DNA from: a virus
Taxonomy: Duplodnaviria; Caudoviricetes
Virus record (IMG/VR): IMGVR_UViG_3300024996_000126
Coordinates: 1 to 45,017 of that record
Strand: one strand, 5' to 3'
Length of the DNA stretch: 45,017 bases
How positions within the stretch are numbered: position 1 is the first letter of the stretch; each line of letters begins with the position of its first letter. The notes beneath the pieces were generated by a model, which saw only the letters and a program-made list of their open reading frames with translations, searched no databases and had not been told where the DNA came from. The position numbers and the translations under genes are program-made. Positions 32,115-41,402 of the stretch are shown here, piece after piece.

Positions 32115-35113
32115 TGGCAGACGGAACCAACGTCGGCGCGATCTACTACGAGGTCGAGGCCGACACATCCAAGCTACTTGACAGCGTTGCGCCCGTCGAT
32201 AAGTCGCTGGACGGTCTGAACAAGACGTTCAGCAGGACCGACAAAGCCGCGAATCAGGCGCAATTCCAGATGACGAAGACGGCGGTTGCCGTCAAGAACA
32301 TGGGTGCAGAATCGACGGCCGCCACGCGCAATGTGTCGGGGCTGTATGGCGCGCTGGCCGGCCTGGTGTCGCTGCGCGCCGCCCAAGGCCTGATCGAGAT
32401 GGCAGACGCCTATGGCGAGATGGCTGAGCGCATTGCGATGGCCACGTCCAGCCAGGCCGAGTACGAGCACGTCCAGCAGCGCTTGCTGGCGACGGCGAAC
32501 GGCACATATCGCAGCCTGTCTGAGGCCCAAGAACTGTACGTCCTGACGGCCAGCACGCTCAAAAGCCTGGGTTACGACACTGATCAGTCCATGGATATCG
32601 TGGATAGTCTGTCGTACGCCTTTGTGAAGAACGCGACCGCGGCGGATCGGGCGTCTACCACCATTGACGCTGTCACCAAGGCGCTGAACAAAGGCAAGGT
32701 CGAGGCCGACGGCTGGCAATCGATCCTGGCGGCTGTGCCGACCATCGTCGATGACTTGGCGGCGTCCACCGGTCGCAGCACGGCTGAGATTCTGGCGCTG
32801 GGCGCCCAGGGCAAGATCACGGGCCGCGAGTTGTCCGAATCTCTGCGCAAGTCGCTCGACGACAACAAGCAGGCGGCCGACGACATGGCGACCACCGTAA
32901 AGGACGCCTTCAACAACCTGAAAAACAATCTGTCGGTCTTCGTGGGTGAGGCGAATCGCTCAAGCGGCGCCACACAGTTGCTGTCTGCCGCCCTGGTCGG
33001 CCTGGGCAACAATATCGAAACGGTCGTCAATTTGCTGGTTGTGGCTGGCGCCGGCGCGATGGCGCGCTATATCGCCCAACTCGGGGCGTCGGCTATCGCC
33101 AGCGGCCGGGCCATGCTGGCCGCCCGCGCGCAGGCCGCCGAGGAGTTGCGGCTGGCGCAGGCCCATATGGCTGCCACCCAGGCGGCGCTGGCCCAGGCCA
33201 CGGCCACCAGCGGACTGACGGCAGCGCACGGTCGGGCCGCTGCTGCTGCAACCGCACACGCCGCTGCGGTTACCCGGATGCAAGCCGCGCAGGCCGCTGT
33301 GGTTACCGTGGGGTCGCGTCTGTTGGGACTGCTGGGTGGACCTGTGGGCATCATCGCGCTGCTGGCGTCTGCTGCAGCATCGGTCGTGACGTTTGGCAGC
33401 GACTCGAAGTCGGCGTCCGGCAAAGTGGACGGCCTGGCCGGATCCGTGGATGGCCTGACCGCATCGCTCAAGCAGTTAAGCAATGCCGGCCTGTCGTCGG
33501 CCGCCGCCAATATTCAGGAGCGCATCGGGGAGTCCGCTCGCCTGGCCGTCGAGGCCCAGGACAAGCTGAAGGACCTGCAGGCCCAGCTTGCGAAAGAAGC
33601 GCCCGGATCTGCTGCGGCTGCACAGATCACCGCCCAGATGTCGAGCTGGGGCACGATATACGGCGAAGCCCAGAAAAACCTGGACAAGCTGCATGACCGC
33701 GCCAAGGAGATCAATGATCTGCAAGGCCGGCGCACTGCGGCCGCGTCTGGGCCGACTGCGCAAGCCGATCCGGAGCTCGAAAAGAACCTGAAGGCGATGC
33801 GCGAGCAGCTTGAACTGTCCAAGCTGACCGGCGCAGCCCGCGCGCGACTGCAGGCCATCCAGAAGTTGGGAGCGAATGCGACGGCGGAGGAAAGGGCGGA
33901 AGCCGAGCGTCTGGCGACCCAGATCTACGAGCTTGAGAACGCGCATAAGGCCGACGTCAAAACAACCAAGGAATCGGTCGCCGCACACAAGGAAGATGCG
34001 AAGGTCATCGGCGAGTTGGCTACCGAGCTGCTGGGCGCCAGCGAAGCATCCCGCGAAATGGCTCAGGCCAAGGCCGCTGCGCAGCTGTCGAAGTTCGCCA
34101 CGCCGGAGGAAGTGGCCCAGGTCAAGGAGTTGGCCGGCGCGTTGTTCGATCTGAAGCAGGCTCAGGCCGACCAGAAGTTGATCAACCAGGCGGACCCCAT
34201 CAAGGGCGAGACGGCGAAGTATGAGGAGCAGCTGGCCGCGTACCAGGACATGCTGGCGCGCAAGGTCATCAGCGACCAGGAATACTACGAATACGCCGGC
34301 GCGCTGGCCCAGCAGCATGAAGCGACGATGCTTGCCCTGCAGGAAGAACGTTTCCGCAACGAGTCCGTTTGGAACGAAACCATGATGAGCGGCCTGGACG
34401 CATTGGGGCAGGCCGGGGCAAATGTGTTTTCTGGGATCTTGTCTGGCACGGCATCGGCCGTTGACGCGGCGCGAGGTCTGGCCAACACCATCCTGGGCCA
34501 GGTCGTGCAGTCGTTCATTCAAATGGGCATTGCGCAAGTCAAAGCCTGGGTGATGGGGAAAGCCGCACAAACGGCGGCGGGCGCCGCGTATGCAGCATCA
34601 GTGAGCGGGCAGGTCGCCGCCACGACCGCGCTGGCCGCTCAGGCTGCCTTTGCGTCCACTGCTGCAATTCCAATCGTTGGCCCGGCGCTGGCCCCTGCTG
34701 TTGCAGCCACTGCCGCCGCCGCCGCCGGTGCCTTGGGTGCGCCAGCCATTGCCGCAGCCGCAACCGTGGGCGTGGCCGGCCGCCAATACGGCGGCCCTGT
34801 CGCCCCCGGAGGTATGTATCGGGTGAACGAAAACGGTGATCCCGAGGTCCTGAACATGGCCAATGGCCGCCAGTACATGATCCCGAACCAGCGCGGCGAG
34901 GTCGTCAGCAACAAGGACGCGACGAAGGCCGGGGGCGGCGGACACATCACCGTGAACCTGATCGAAGACGCATCCAGGGGCGGCCAGGTGCAGCAGGACG
35001 ACGCTGGCGATGAGGACCGCATCGTGAATGTGTTTGTTGCCAGCATCCGGGGCGGCGGCGCGGCGGCCGGCGCCATTGAATCGACTTATGGCGTCCAGAG
35101 GCGCGGGCGATGA
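32114..35113 (+). CDS. Tail tape measure protein
   Basis: 999 aa, Ala-rich, N-terminal tape-measure domain, C-terminal GRQYGGPV..GGMYRVNENGDPE. Confidence 0.95.
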   Translation: MADGTNVGAIYYEVEADTSKLLDSVAPVDKSLDGLNKTFSRTDKAANQAQFQMTKTAVAVKNMGAESTAATRNVSGLYGALAGLVSLRAAQGLIEMADAYGEMAERIAMATSSQAEYEHVQQRLLATANGTYRSLSEAQELYVLTASTLKSLGYDTDQSMDIVDSLSYAFVKNATAADRASTTIDAVTKALNKGKVEADGWQSILAAVPTIVDDLAASTGRSTAEILALGAQGKITGRELSESLRKSLDDNKQAADDMATTVKDAFNNLKNNLSVFVGEANRSSGATQLLSAALVGLGNNIETVVNLLVVAGAGAMARYIAQLGASAIASGRAMLAARAQAAEELRLAQAHMAATQAALAQATATSGLTAAHGRAAAAATAHAAAVTRMQAAQAAVVTVGSRLLGLLGGPVGIIALLASAAASVVTFGSDSKSASGKVDGLAGSVDGLTASLKQLSNAGLSSAAANIQERIGESARLAVEAQDKLKDLQAQLAKEAPGSAAAAQITAQMSSWGTIYGEAQKNLDKLHDRAKEINDLQGRRTAAASGPTAQADPELEKNLKAMREQLELSKLTGAARARLQAIQKLGANATAEERAEAERLATQIYELENAHKADVKTTKESVAAHKEDAKVIGELATELLGASEASREMAQAKAAAQLSKFATPEEVAQVKELAGALFDLKQAQADQKLINQADPIKGETAKYEEQLAAYQDMLARKVISDQEYYEYAGALAQQHEATMLALQEERFRNESVWNETMMSGLDALGQAGANVFSGILSGTASAVDAARGLANTILGQVVQSFIQMGIAQVKAWVMGKAAQTAAGAAYAASVSGQVAATTALAAQAAFASTAAIPIVGPALAPAVAATAAAAAGALGAPAIAAAATVGVAGRQYGGPVAPGGMYRVNENGDPEVLNMANGRQYMIPNQRGEVVSNKDATKAGGGGHITVNLIEDASRGGQVQQDDAGDEDRIVNVFVASIRGGGAAAGAIESTYGVQRRGR

Positions 35114-35580
35114 TTACGACCGATATCGACTATCCCGAAGGCCTGCCTAATCCGCTGCGCTCGAATCATGGTGTCCGGCATGCTCAACCGTTCACACGCA
35201 CCGGCATGGCCACGGGCCGCGCGCGTCAGCGGCGATCTTTCACGAGCGTTCCCAGCATCCAGCAATTCATGTGGCTGTTTGCCGAGAACGAGGCGGCGGC
35301 CTTTGAAATCTGGTTCAAGGAAAGCATCCAGGACGGCGCCGACTGGTTCAATATCCGGCGCCTGACGCCGCTGGGCATGTCCACTCTGGTGTGCCGGTTC
35401 GCTGAGATGTACCAGGGGCCGGACCTCGTGGGCCGCAATCACTGGCAGGTCACGGCATCGCTTGAAGTCTACGAACGCCCGCTCATGCCCCCGGGCTGGG
35501 GCCTGCTGCCGGACTACATCATCGGCGCCAGCATTTTCGACATCGCCATGAATCGGCAATGGCCGGAGGATCAGCCATGA
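35110..35580 (+). CDS. Distal tail / minor tail protein
   Basis: TGRARQRR, FEIWF...DGADWF; follows the tape measure gene. Confidence 0.8.
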   Translation: MITTDIDYPEGLPNPLRSNHGVRHAQPFTRTGMATGRARQRRSFTSVPSIQQFMWLFAENEAAAFEIWFKESIQDGADWFNIRRLTPLGMSTLVCRFAEMYQGPDLVGRNHWQVTASLEVYERPLMPPGWGLLPDYIIGASIFDIAMNRQWPEDQP

Positions 35581-36059
35581 CTGTCCTGTCCGTGGTGTAT
35601 GCCAGCGCACCGACCGACGAGGTGATCATCGGGTCCCTAGAGGTCCTGGTGCCGGGTTTGGAGCCGCTGCGCGTGGCTGCCGATTTCGAGGATCATCTGT
35701 TGGGCGTCGATGGCGTGATGCAGCTGTTTGAACAGGGGCCTCTGTCGGTTGCGCTGCCGTCTAAGGACACGAAGGGCAATCAGACGTTGCGCTTCGGTGT
35801 TTCGGGCGTATCCGGCCGCGCCCAGCGGTACGTCGACGCCGCCCTGGAATCGGGCGAGTCGGCGACGATGATCTACCGCGAATACCTGTCCAGCGACCCC
35901 ACGACGCCGGCGCGGCGACCCGTCGTGCTGACGATTGTGGGCGGCAGCTTCGAGGGCCCCGACGCGGTATTCGAGGGCGCCTACTATGACCTGCTGAATG
36001 CGGCCTGGCCGCGCGAGCGGTACACGTCCGAGACGGCGCCGGGGATCCGCTACCTATGA
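35577..36059 (+). CDS. Minor tail protein (DUF1833-like)
   Basis: YASAP, YREYLSSD, WPRERYT....PG..Y. Confidence 0.8.
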   Translation: MTVLSVVYASAPTDEVIIGSLEVLVPGLEPLRVAADFEDHLLGVDGVMQLFEQGPLSVALPSKDTKGNQTLRFGVSGVSGRAQRYVDAALESGESATMIYREYLSSDPTTPARRPVVLTIVGGSFEGPDAVFEGAYYDLLNAAWPRERYTSETAPGIRYL

Positions 36060-36448
36060 CTCTGGATGATCTGTTGCAGACCCGCTATGTGAGGGGTGGG
36101 CGCGGGCCTACGGATGTCGATTGTTGGGGGCTGGTGCGGATGGCCAGGGTAGGGCTGTTCGACAAACCCCTGCTGCCGGCCTTCGCGGATATCTCCCCGG
36201 CGGACAAAAAAGGCCTCACGGCGGCATGCCTGACTGTGCGCGACGACGGCGGATTCCGCGAGGTGTCAGTACGTCCCGGCGCGATCGCCACGGCCTGGAC
36301 TGGGCGTCTGTGTGTGCATGTGGGCATCGTGATTGCAGCCGATGGGCGGCCCTGGGTCCTAGAGACCGACGAAGGCACAGGGCCCGCCCTGACGCGGCCA
36401 GCTACCTTCGAAAAGCGCTTTGCGCGAGTGATCTACTATGACGATTGA
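36056..36448 (+). CDS. NlpC/P60-like tail assembly protein
   Basis: GGRG...DCWGLV, HVGIV. Confidence 0.85.
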   Translation: MTLDDLLQTRYVRGGRGPTDVDCWGLVRMARVGLFDKPLLPAFADISPADKKGLTAACLTVRDDGGFREVSVRPGAIATAWTGRLCVHVGIVIAADGRPWVLETDEGTGPALTRPATFEKRFARVIYYDD

Positions 36449-39095
36449 TGTCTATCCGTCTCTACTTGAAGGCGAGCCGATCGAGCGCCACGAGTGGGCC
36501 GGTACGCTGGGCGCCTGGTTCGACAAGCACGGCATCGAGTGGCGCGGCCTGGATGCGCAGCCGGTCCTGGCGTCGGTCAATGGTGCCGCCCTGCCGGCGG
36601 ATGCGTGGGATTCCCGCGTCCTGGCCGTATCCGACCAGGTGGAAATCCGTGTGGTTCCCGGCGGCGGCATCTTCAAAGCCATCGGCAGCATTTTCAATTT
36701 CCTCTTCGGCTGGCTGATGCCCGGCGGCGCTGATGCCGGTAGTTACAGCACGCCGCAGGGTCGCCAGTTGGAAGCTTCGCAGGCCAAAGCCAACGCTGCG
36801 AAACTGGGTGATGCCGTGCCGGAACTGGCGGGCCGCTTCAAACGGTTCCCGGAATACCTGACGCCGCCGCGCCGATTCTTCGTCAACAAACGCGAACAGT
36901 GGCTGCAGTTCCACGCCTGCGTTGGCCCCGGGCGCTACGCGATCCTGGCGTCCGATGTGAAAGTTGGCGACACGCCGTTCTCCGCCCTGGGCGCTGATGG
37001 TTCGTATCAGTTCTACGTGCCCGGGGCCGATCTGTCCGCGCAGACGACCGCTGAACACTGGCACACGGCCGAAGAGGTTGGCGGCACATCCAGCGGTACA
37101 GCTGGCCTGGAACTATCCACGGAATTCGCAAACCGAAACAATACGGACCCTCCTGCGTACACGCTCACGGCGTCCAGCATCACTCGGTCGTCTGGAGTGT
37201 TCCCGTCGGGGTGGGGCGCGGGCACGCAGGTGTACGTGGAGTATCCGCGACTCTACACGATCACGACTCAGCAGGAAGTCAAGAATCCGGGCCCGCCCAT
37301 CGAGTATCAGAACGTCAGCGAGTTCGATGGTTATTTCGGGCACTTGGGCACCTTGACGGTCGGCATGTCGGTGCGGATCGGCACCCGTGCATCCGGGGCT
37401 GTTTACACGGTTCGGTCCGTCGTGGGCAGCAAGGTGCGATTTTCCAATGCTGCCGGTGACCCCGTTGTGGTAACGCCAGGCCCGAATCAAGCCGTGATTT
37501 TCGGCGCTGATATTGTGCGCACCATCGGCTCAGTAGCCAGTGAGACGTCGATCACGCTGTCGCCGGGCGGCTTTCAGAGCAGCGCGGAATCCAATGTGCG
37601 CGTCGCATTTGCCGGCGGCACGGTCTACGGCGAATGGACCAGCGAGTTTATAGCGACCCCCGGCAATGAGCTGACGACGGTGCTGGAGGCCGACTTCTTT
37701 TTTCCCCGGGGTCTGGCGCGAATCAACGACGAAAACGGGTCCTTGGTTAGCCTGTCCGCCGCCGTGGAAATCCAGTATCGAGATGCCCGAGGAGGGCCGT
37801 CCACGACCGTGCGGAGAACGTACACCGAGGCGACCGTCGATCAGATCGGTTTCACCGAACGTCTGACGGTGCCTCAGATGCGCCCGGCCGTGCGTGTGAG
37901 GCGTGTCGGCGCCGGGGGCACGCAGACGACGATCCAGGACACGATCCACTGGTACGGCCTGAAAGCCCGCATCGGCGGCGCGCCCACGCGGTATCCGAAC
38001 TGGACCACGATGGCGGTCAAGCTACGCTCAGGCGGGCGGCTGGCGGCACGGTCGGAAAATCAGATCAACGTCGTGGCCACGCGCATGCTGCCCACGCTGC
38101 AACCAGACGGCACCTGGGGCCCGGAGGTCGCAACCAGCGACATTTCGGCGTTCGTGCGCTACATCGCGCTCTCCATCGGCTACACCGATGACAACCTGGA
38201 CATGATCGAACTGCGGCGGCTGCATGCGATCTGGACGGCGCGGGGCGAGACTGCCGATCACGTTTTCGATCTGACGACGGTGAAGGAGGCCCTCGGCCTG
38301 GTCCTGCGCGCCGGCATGTCGGAAATGACAATTTCGGACGGCCAGATCCGCGCGGTGCGTGATGACGCGCGCACGCAGTTCGAGCAGGCCTACAGCCCGC
38401 AGAACATGACAAAGCCACTGCAGCGTCAGTTCAAAGCCCATCGTCATGATGACCCGGACGGCGTGGAAGTCGAATACACGGACAGCGAAACGTGGACGAA
38501 GCAGACCGTGATCTGTTCGCTGCCCGGCAGTCAGCGGCTGAAGCTGGAAAAGCTGAAACTGGACGGGGTGACAGACCGCACCCGAGCGTGGCGCATCGGC
38601 ATGCGTAAGGTCAGGGCGACGAAATACCGGTTGTGGGATTACAGCTTCCAGACGGAGATGGACGCGCTCAACAGCGAGTATCTGTCCTACGTGCCGCTGT
38701 TCGATGACGTCCCAGGCTACGGCCAGTCCGCGATCCTGGAAGGCATTGAGTCGGCTGCCGGTGGCGCACTGCTGCACATCAGTGAACCGCTGCGCTGGGA
38801 TGAGGGCGCGGCGCACGTCGTGGCCTACCGGTGCCCTGACGGCACCATCGCGGGGCCGTGGGCCGCAACGCCTGGCCCAGACGAATACAGCCTGATCGCT
38901 GACATCCCGCAGCCCTGGCCCGCCGTCACGCTCAAGCACGAGCCGCCGCACGTGTATTTCGGCGCGACAGAACAGTGGTGCTTCCCGGCGCTGATCACAG
39001 AAATAAAGCCGTCCGGCACCGAGAAAGTCAGTGTGTCGGCGGTCAATTACGACGTGCGCGTCTACGCCGATGACAACAACGCGCCGACCGAATAA
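36438..39095 (+). CDS. Tail tip / host specificity (central tail hub) protein
   Basis: 885 aa after the NlpC gene; FPRGL, DGVEVEY, VNYDVRVYADD. Confidence 0.88.
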   Translation: MTIDVYPSLLEGEPIERHEWAGTLGAWFDKHGIEWRGLDAQPVLASVNGAALPADAWDSRVLAVSDQVEIRVVPGGGIFKAIGSIFNFLFGWLMPGGADAGSYSTPQGRQLEASQAKANAAKLGDAVPELAGRFKRFPEYLTPPRRFFVNKREQWLQFHACVGPGRYAILASDVKVGDTPFSALGADGSYQFYVPGADLSAQTTAEHWHTAEEVGGTSSGTAGLELSTEFANRNNTDPPAYTLTASSITRSSGVFPSGWGAGTQVYVEYPRLYTITTQQEVKNPGPPIEYQNVSEFDGYFGHLGTLTVGMSVRIGTRASGAVYTVRSVVGSKVRFSNAAGDPVVVTPGPNQAVIFGADIVRTIGSVASETSITLSPGGFQSSAESNVRVAFAGGTVYGEWTSEFIATPGNELTTVLEADFFFPRGLARINDENGSLVSLSAAVEIQYRDARGGPSTTVRRTYTEATVDQIGFTERLTVPQMRPAVRVRRVGAGGTQTTIQDTIHWYGLKARIGGAPTRYPNWTTMAVKLRSGGRLAARSENQINVVATRMLPTLQPDGTWGPEVATSDISAFVRYIALSIGYTDDNLDMIELRRLHAIWTARGETADHVFDLTTVKEALGLVLRAGMSEMTISDGQIRAVRDDARTQFEQAYSPQNMTKPLQRQFKAHRHDDPDGVEVEYTDSETWTKQTVICSLPGSQRLKLEKLKLDGVTDRTRAWRIGMRKVRATKYRLWDYSFQTEMDALNSEYLSYVPLFDDVPGYGQSAILEGIESAAGGALLHISEPLRWDEGAAHVVAYRCPDGTIAGPWAATPGPDEYSLIADIPQPWPAVTLKHEPPHVYFGATEQWCFPALITEIKPSGTEKVSVSAVNYDVRVYADDNNAPTE

Positions 39096-39117
39096 CCACC
39101 CTTCAATCCACTACCAG

Positions 39118-39142
39118 GCCGCCTTCGGGTGGCTTTTTTATT
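39118..39142 (+). terminator. Intrinsic terminator-like hairpin before the tailspike gene
   Basis: GCCGCC-TTCG-GGTGGC-TTTTTTATT. Confidence 0.8.
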
Positions 39143-39152
39143 GGGCAACACA

Positions 39153-41354
39153 ATGACGACATTCAAAACCGGCAATCCCGTTGGCTCGGCCGCAGCTAAA
39201 GATCTGTACGACAACGCGGAGAATCTGGATACCTTCGTCAACGACCGGACAAAGCGATCGGCCCCCGACCGCCTGGGCGTCGAGCGCAAGACTTGGCACG
39301 GCATGGAGCAGGACTTCCAAGACTTCCTGATCAACTCCGGTTATCAGGACATCGGAGATTACGCCGCTGGCCTGGAGATCACGGCGCGCAATCAGGTCTT
39401 TTGGAAGGATGGTGAGCTGTACCGCGCCGGGGCCGCATTGGACCTGCCGTACACGACGACGGGCGACTGGCTGGCCGAAGGGGGGCTATTCGTGGCCGTT
39501 GGGGATCAGGTGCTGCGGCAGGATCTCGCGGGAAGCGCGGGGGCTGGCATGGTTGGCTACCAGTCTTCGGTGCCCGGCTCTGCGTCGGCAACGGCAGCGG
39601 ATGCCCTCAACAACCAGCCGATCTCTCTGGCTACTCTGGGTGTCAAGGGGGATGGGTCCGATGAAACGGCCGCCATCACCGCGATACTCCAATACGCTGC
39701 GGCTAACGGCATCAAGGTTGTCGACTACAGCGGAAAGACGTACCGGTACACATCCAATATCGATATCGCTGGCGACCTCACTCTCGAAGGCAATATTACT
39801 TTCCACGGGGATGCCGCAGGGTTTAGTGTGGCCGGGTCGATCGAGGAAATCGGGACCATTTCGGCGGCGGCATATCGCGGAAACGGCGCCATCACGGTGA
39901 CGTCCGTCGCCGGAATTTCTCCGGGCGACCTGCTGGTTATTCAGAATACGACGAGCTCGTCGTTCTCTCCGTATCGAGCGAATTATTACGACGGGGAATA
40001 TGTCCGGGTGCGATCGGTGTCAGGGCAGGTGATCTCCCTGCAGGAATCCCTTCGCAGTGGCTACGCGGCGGCGGCCACGAATAAGGTGTACAAGCTCAAC
40101 ACGGTCAAGGTTGACATTCGGGGCGTCTCCTTCACAGGAGGCGCCGTTGATACCTTGCGGATCGACTTTGCCAGGGATTCCGTCATCAGTCCGAAATACG
40201 TAGGGAATACTTTCCCCGGCGCGACCGGTCAGTCGGCACTCTCCATCCGGAACAGCTACAACTGTTCTGTTTCAAACGGCACCTTCCATCGCATCTATGA
40301 TTCGGCTTCTGGCCTGAACTACGGAATTGTGATTGGAAACAGTGCATATATCAGTATTCAATCGGTGGAGTCTTTTGGTGGGCGGCACGCCGTGGCTGTC
40401 GGCGGCAATGCCAACCCAGGAGCCATCCCCAATCGTGGGATCTATGTAAAAGATTCGGTGCTGTCCAATGATCCTGCGTCCGCAGTTTATTGTGCCGACT
40501 TCCACGGCAACACGCTGAACAGTTTCTACGAAAACTGCGTGATCTACGGCGGCATCGGGCTAGCGGGCGAAAATATTTACGCCAAAGGCTGCACCATCTA
40601 TTCCCACGCGGGCTCTGCGCGTTCACCATTGACGTACCACGAGCTGGTTGGTGGAGATTGTGCCTTTATGGATTGCAAGGTTTTCATGGGGCCTGGATCT
40701 ACCGCCGCAAATATTCTAAACAACGCGGGAAGCGAGCTTCTGGCCCTGATCAGCCGGCCGTACAAAATCGTGGTGAGCAATCTCACGGCTGATATCAGTT
40801 CGGCTGTGACCACAGTCATCAATGCTGTTGAGGGCTCCGGGAAGCCGAATTCATGGCACTTGAACGACTTCAACCTCACGGGAGACTCCAGCGGACTGAC
40901 GGGGCTGATTCGGTTTGCCAAGCTGGCCGCGGGGGTTAACCCCGTGCGGATGGAAATTACCGCCCCCCGGAGTCCCCTTTCCTCTTCGCTGTCTCTGGTG
41001 CCGCTTTCTGGCACGACCCTTTCCGGAACTATTTGTACGATGCCGGAGTTCACGGTGGGTGCAGACGTCACTATTCCGGTCGGAGCCACGGTCTCCACTC
41101 AAGGCGGGCCTCTGGGTAACGGCACGATCGTCAATGACTATCCTGATTTCCCCGCCGTGCCCCAATTGTTCCTGAGTTCGGCAGGCGAAAGCAGCACAGG
41201 CCCTGGCTTTGCTTTCCCCGTCATTGATCGTGCTGCTACTGTCGTATCCTGCGTGGCGCGGATGGTCACCGGCACCGGCGGAACCACAGCGACTATTGCA
41301 AAAACATACCGACTGTCCGTCACCGCAACGATGCGCAACTACCTCATCCCATGA
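39153..41354 (+). CDS. Tailspike / putative polysaccharide depolymerase (beta-helix)
   Basis: N-terminal TGNPVGS...DLYDNAENLD...DRLG attachment domain; GVKGDGSDETAAI cap; Asn/Gly/Ser-rich beta-helix-like body. Confidence 0.85.
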   Translation: MTTFKTGNPVGSAAAKDLYDNAENLDTFVNDRTKRSAPDRLGVERKTWHGMEQDFQDFLINSGYQDIGDYAAGLEITARNQVFWKDGELYRAGAALDLPYTTTGDWLAEGGLFVAVGDQVLRQDLAGSAGAGMVGYQSSVPGSASATAADALNNQPISLATLGVKGDGSDETAAITAILQYAAANGIKVVDYSGKTYRYTSNIDIAGDLTLEGNITFHGDAAGFSVAGSIEEIGTISAAAYRGNGAITVTSVAGISPGDLLVIQNTTSSSFSPYRANYYDGEYVRVRSVSGQVISLQESLRSGYAAAATNKVYKLNTVKVDIRGVSFTGGAVDTLRIDFARDSVISPKYVGNTFPGATGQSALSIRNSYNCSVSNGTFHRIYDSASGLNYGIVIGNSAYISIQSVESFGGRHAVAVGGNANPGAIPNRGIYVKDSVLSNDPASAVYCADFHGNTLNSFYENCVIYGGIGLAGENIYAKGCTIYSHAGSARSPLTYHELVGGDCAFMDCKVFMGPGSTAANILNNAGSELLALISRPYKIVVSNLTADISSAVTTVINAVEGSGKPNSWHLNDFNLTGDSSGLTGLIRFAKLAAGVNPVRMEITAPRSPLSSSLSLVPLSGTTLSGTICTMPEFTVGADVTIPVGATVSTQGGPLGNGTIVNDYPDFPAVPQLFLSSAGESSTGPGFAFPVIDRAATVVSCVARMVTGTGGTTATIAKTYRLSVTATMRNYLIP

Positions 41355-41402
41355 GGATTTAATTCGCCTCTCTCTATCTGCGGGCGGGTCCAAGTGAGGT
41401 CT

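Noticed and set aside
20474-39142. Recurrent GCCGCC-TTCG-GG(C/T)GG hairpin as a novel repeat family
   Set aside because: Ordinary UUCG-loop intrinsic terminators typical of late operons.
36438-41354. Diversity-generating retroelement or invertible tail-fibre system
   Set aside because: No reverse transcriptase, no invertase, and no template/variable repeat pair seen.
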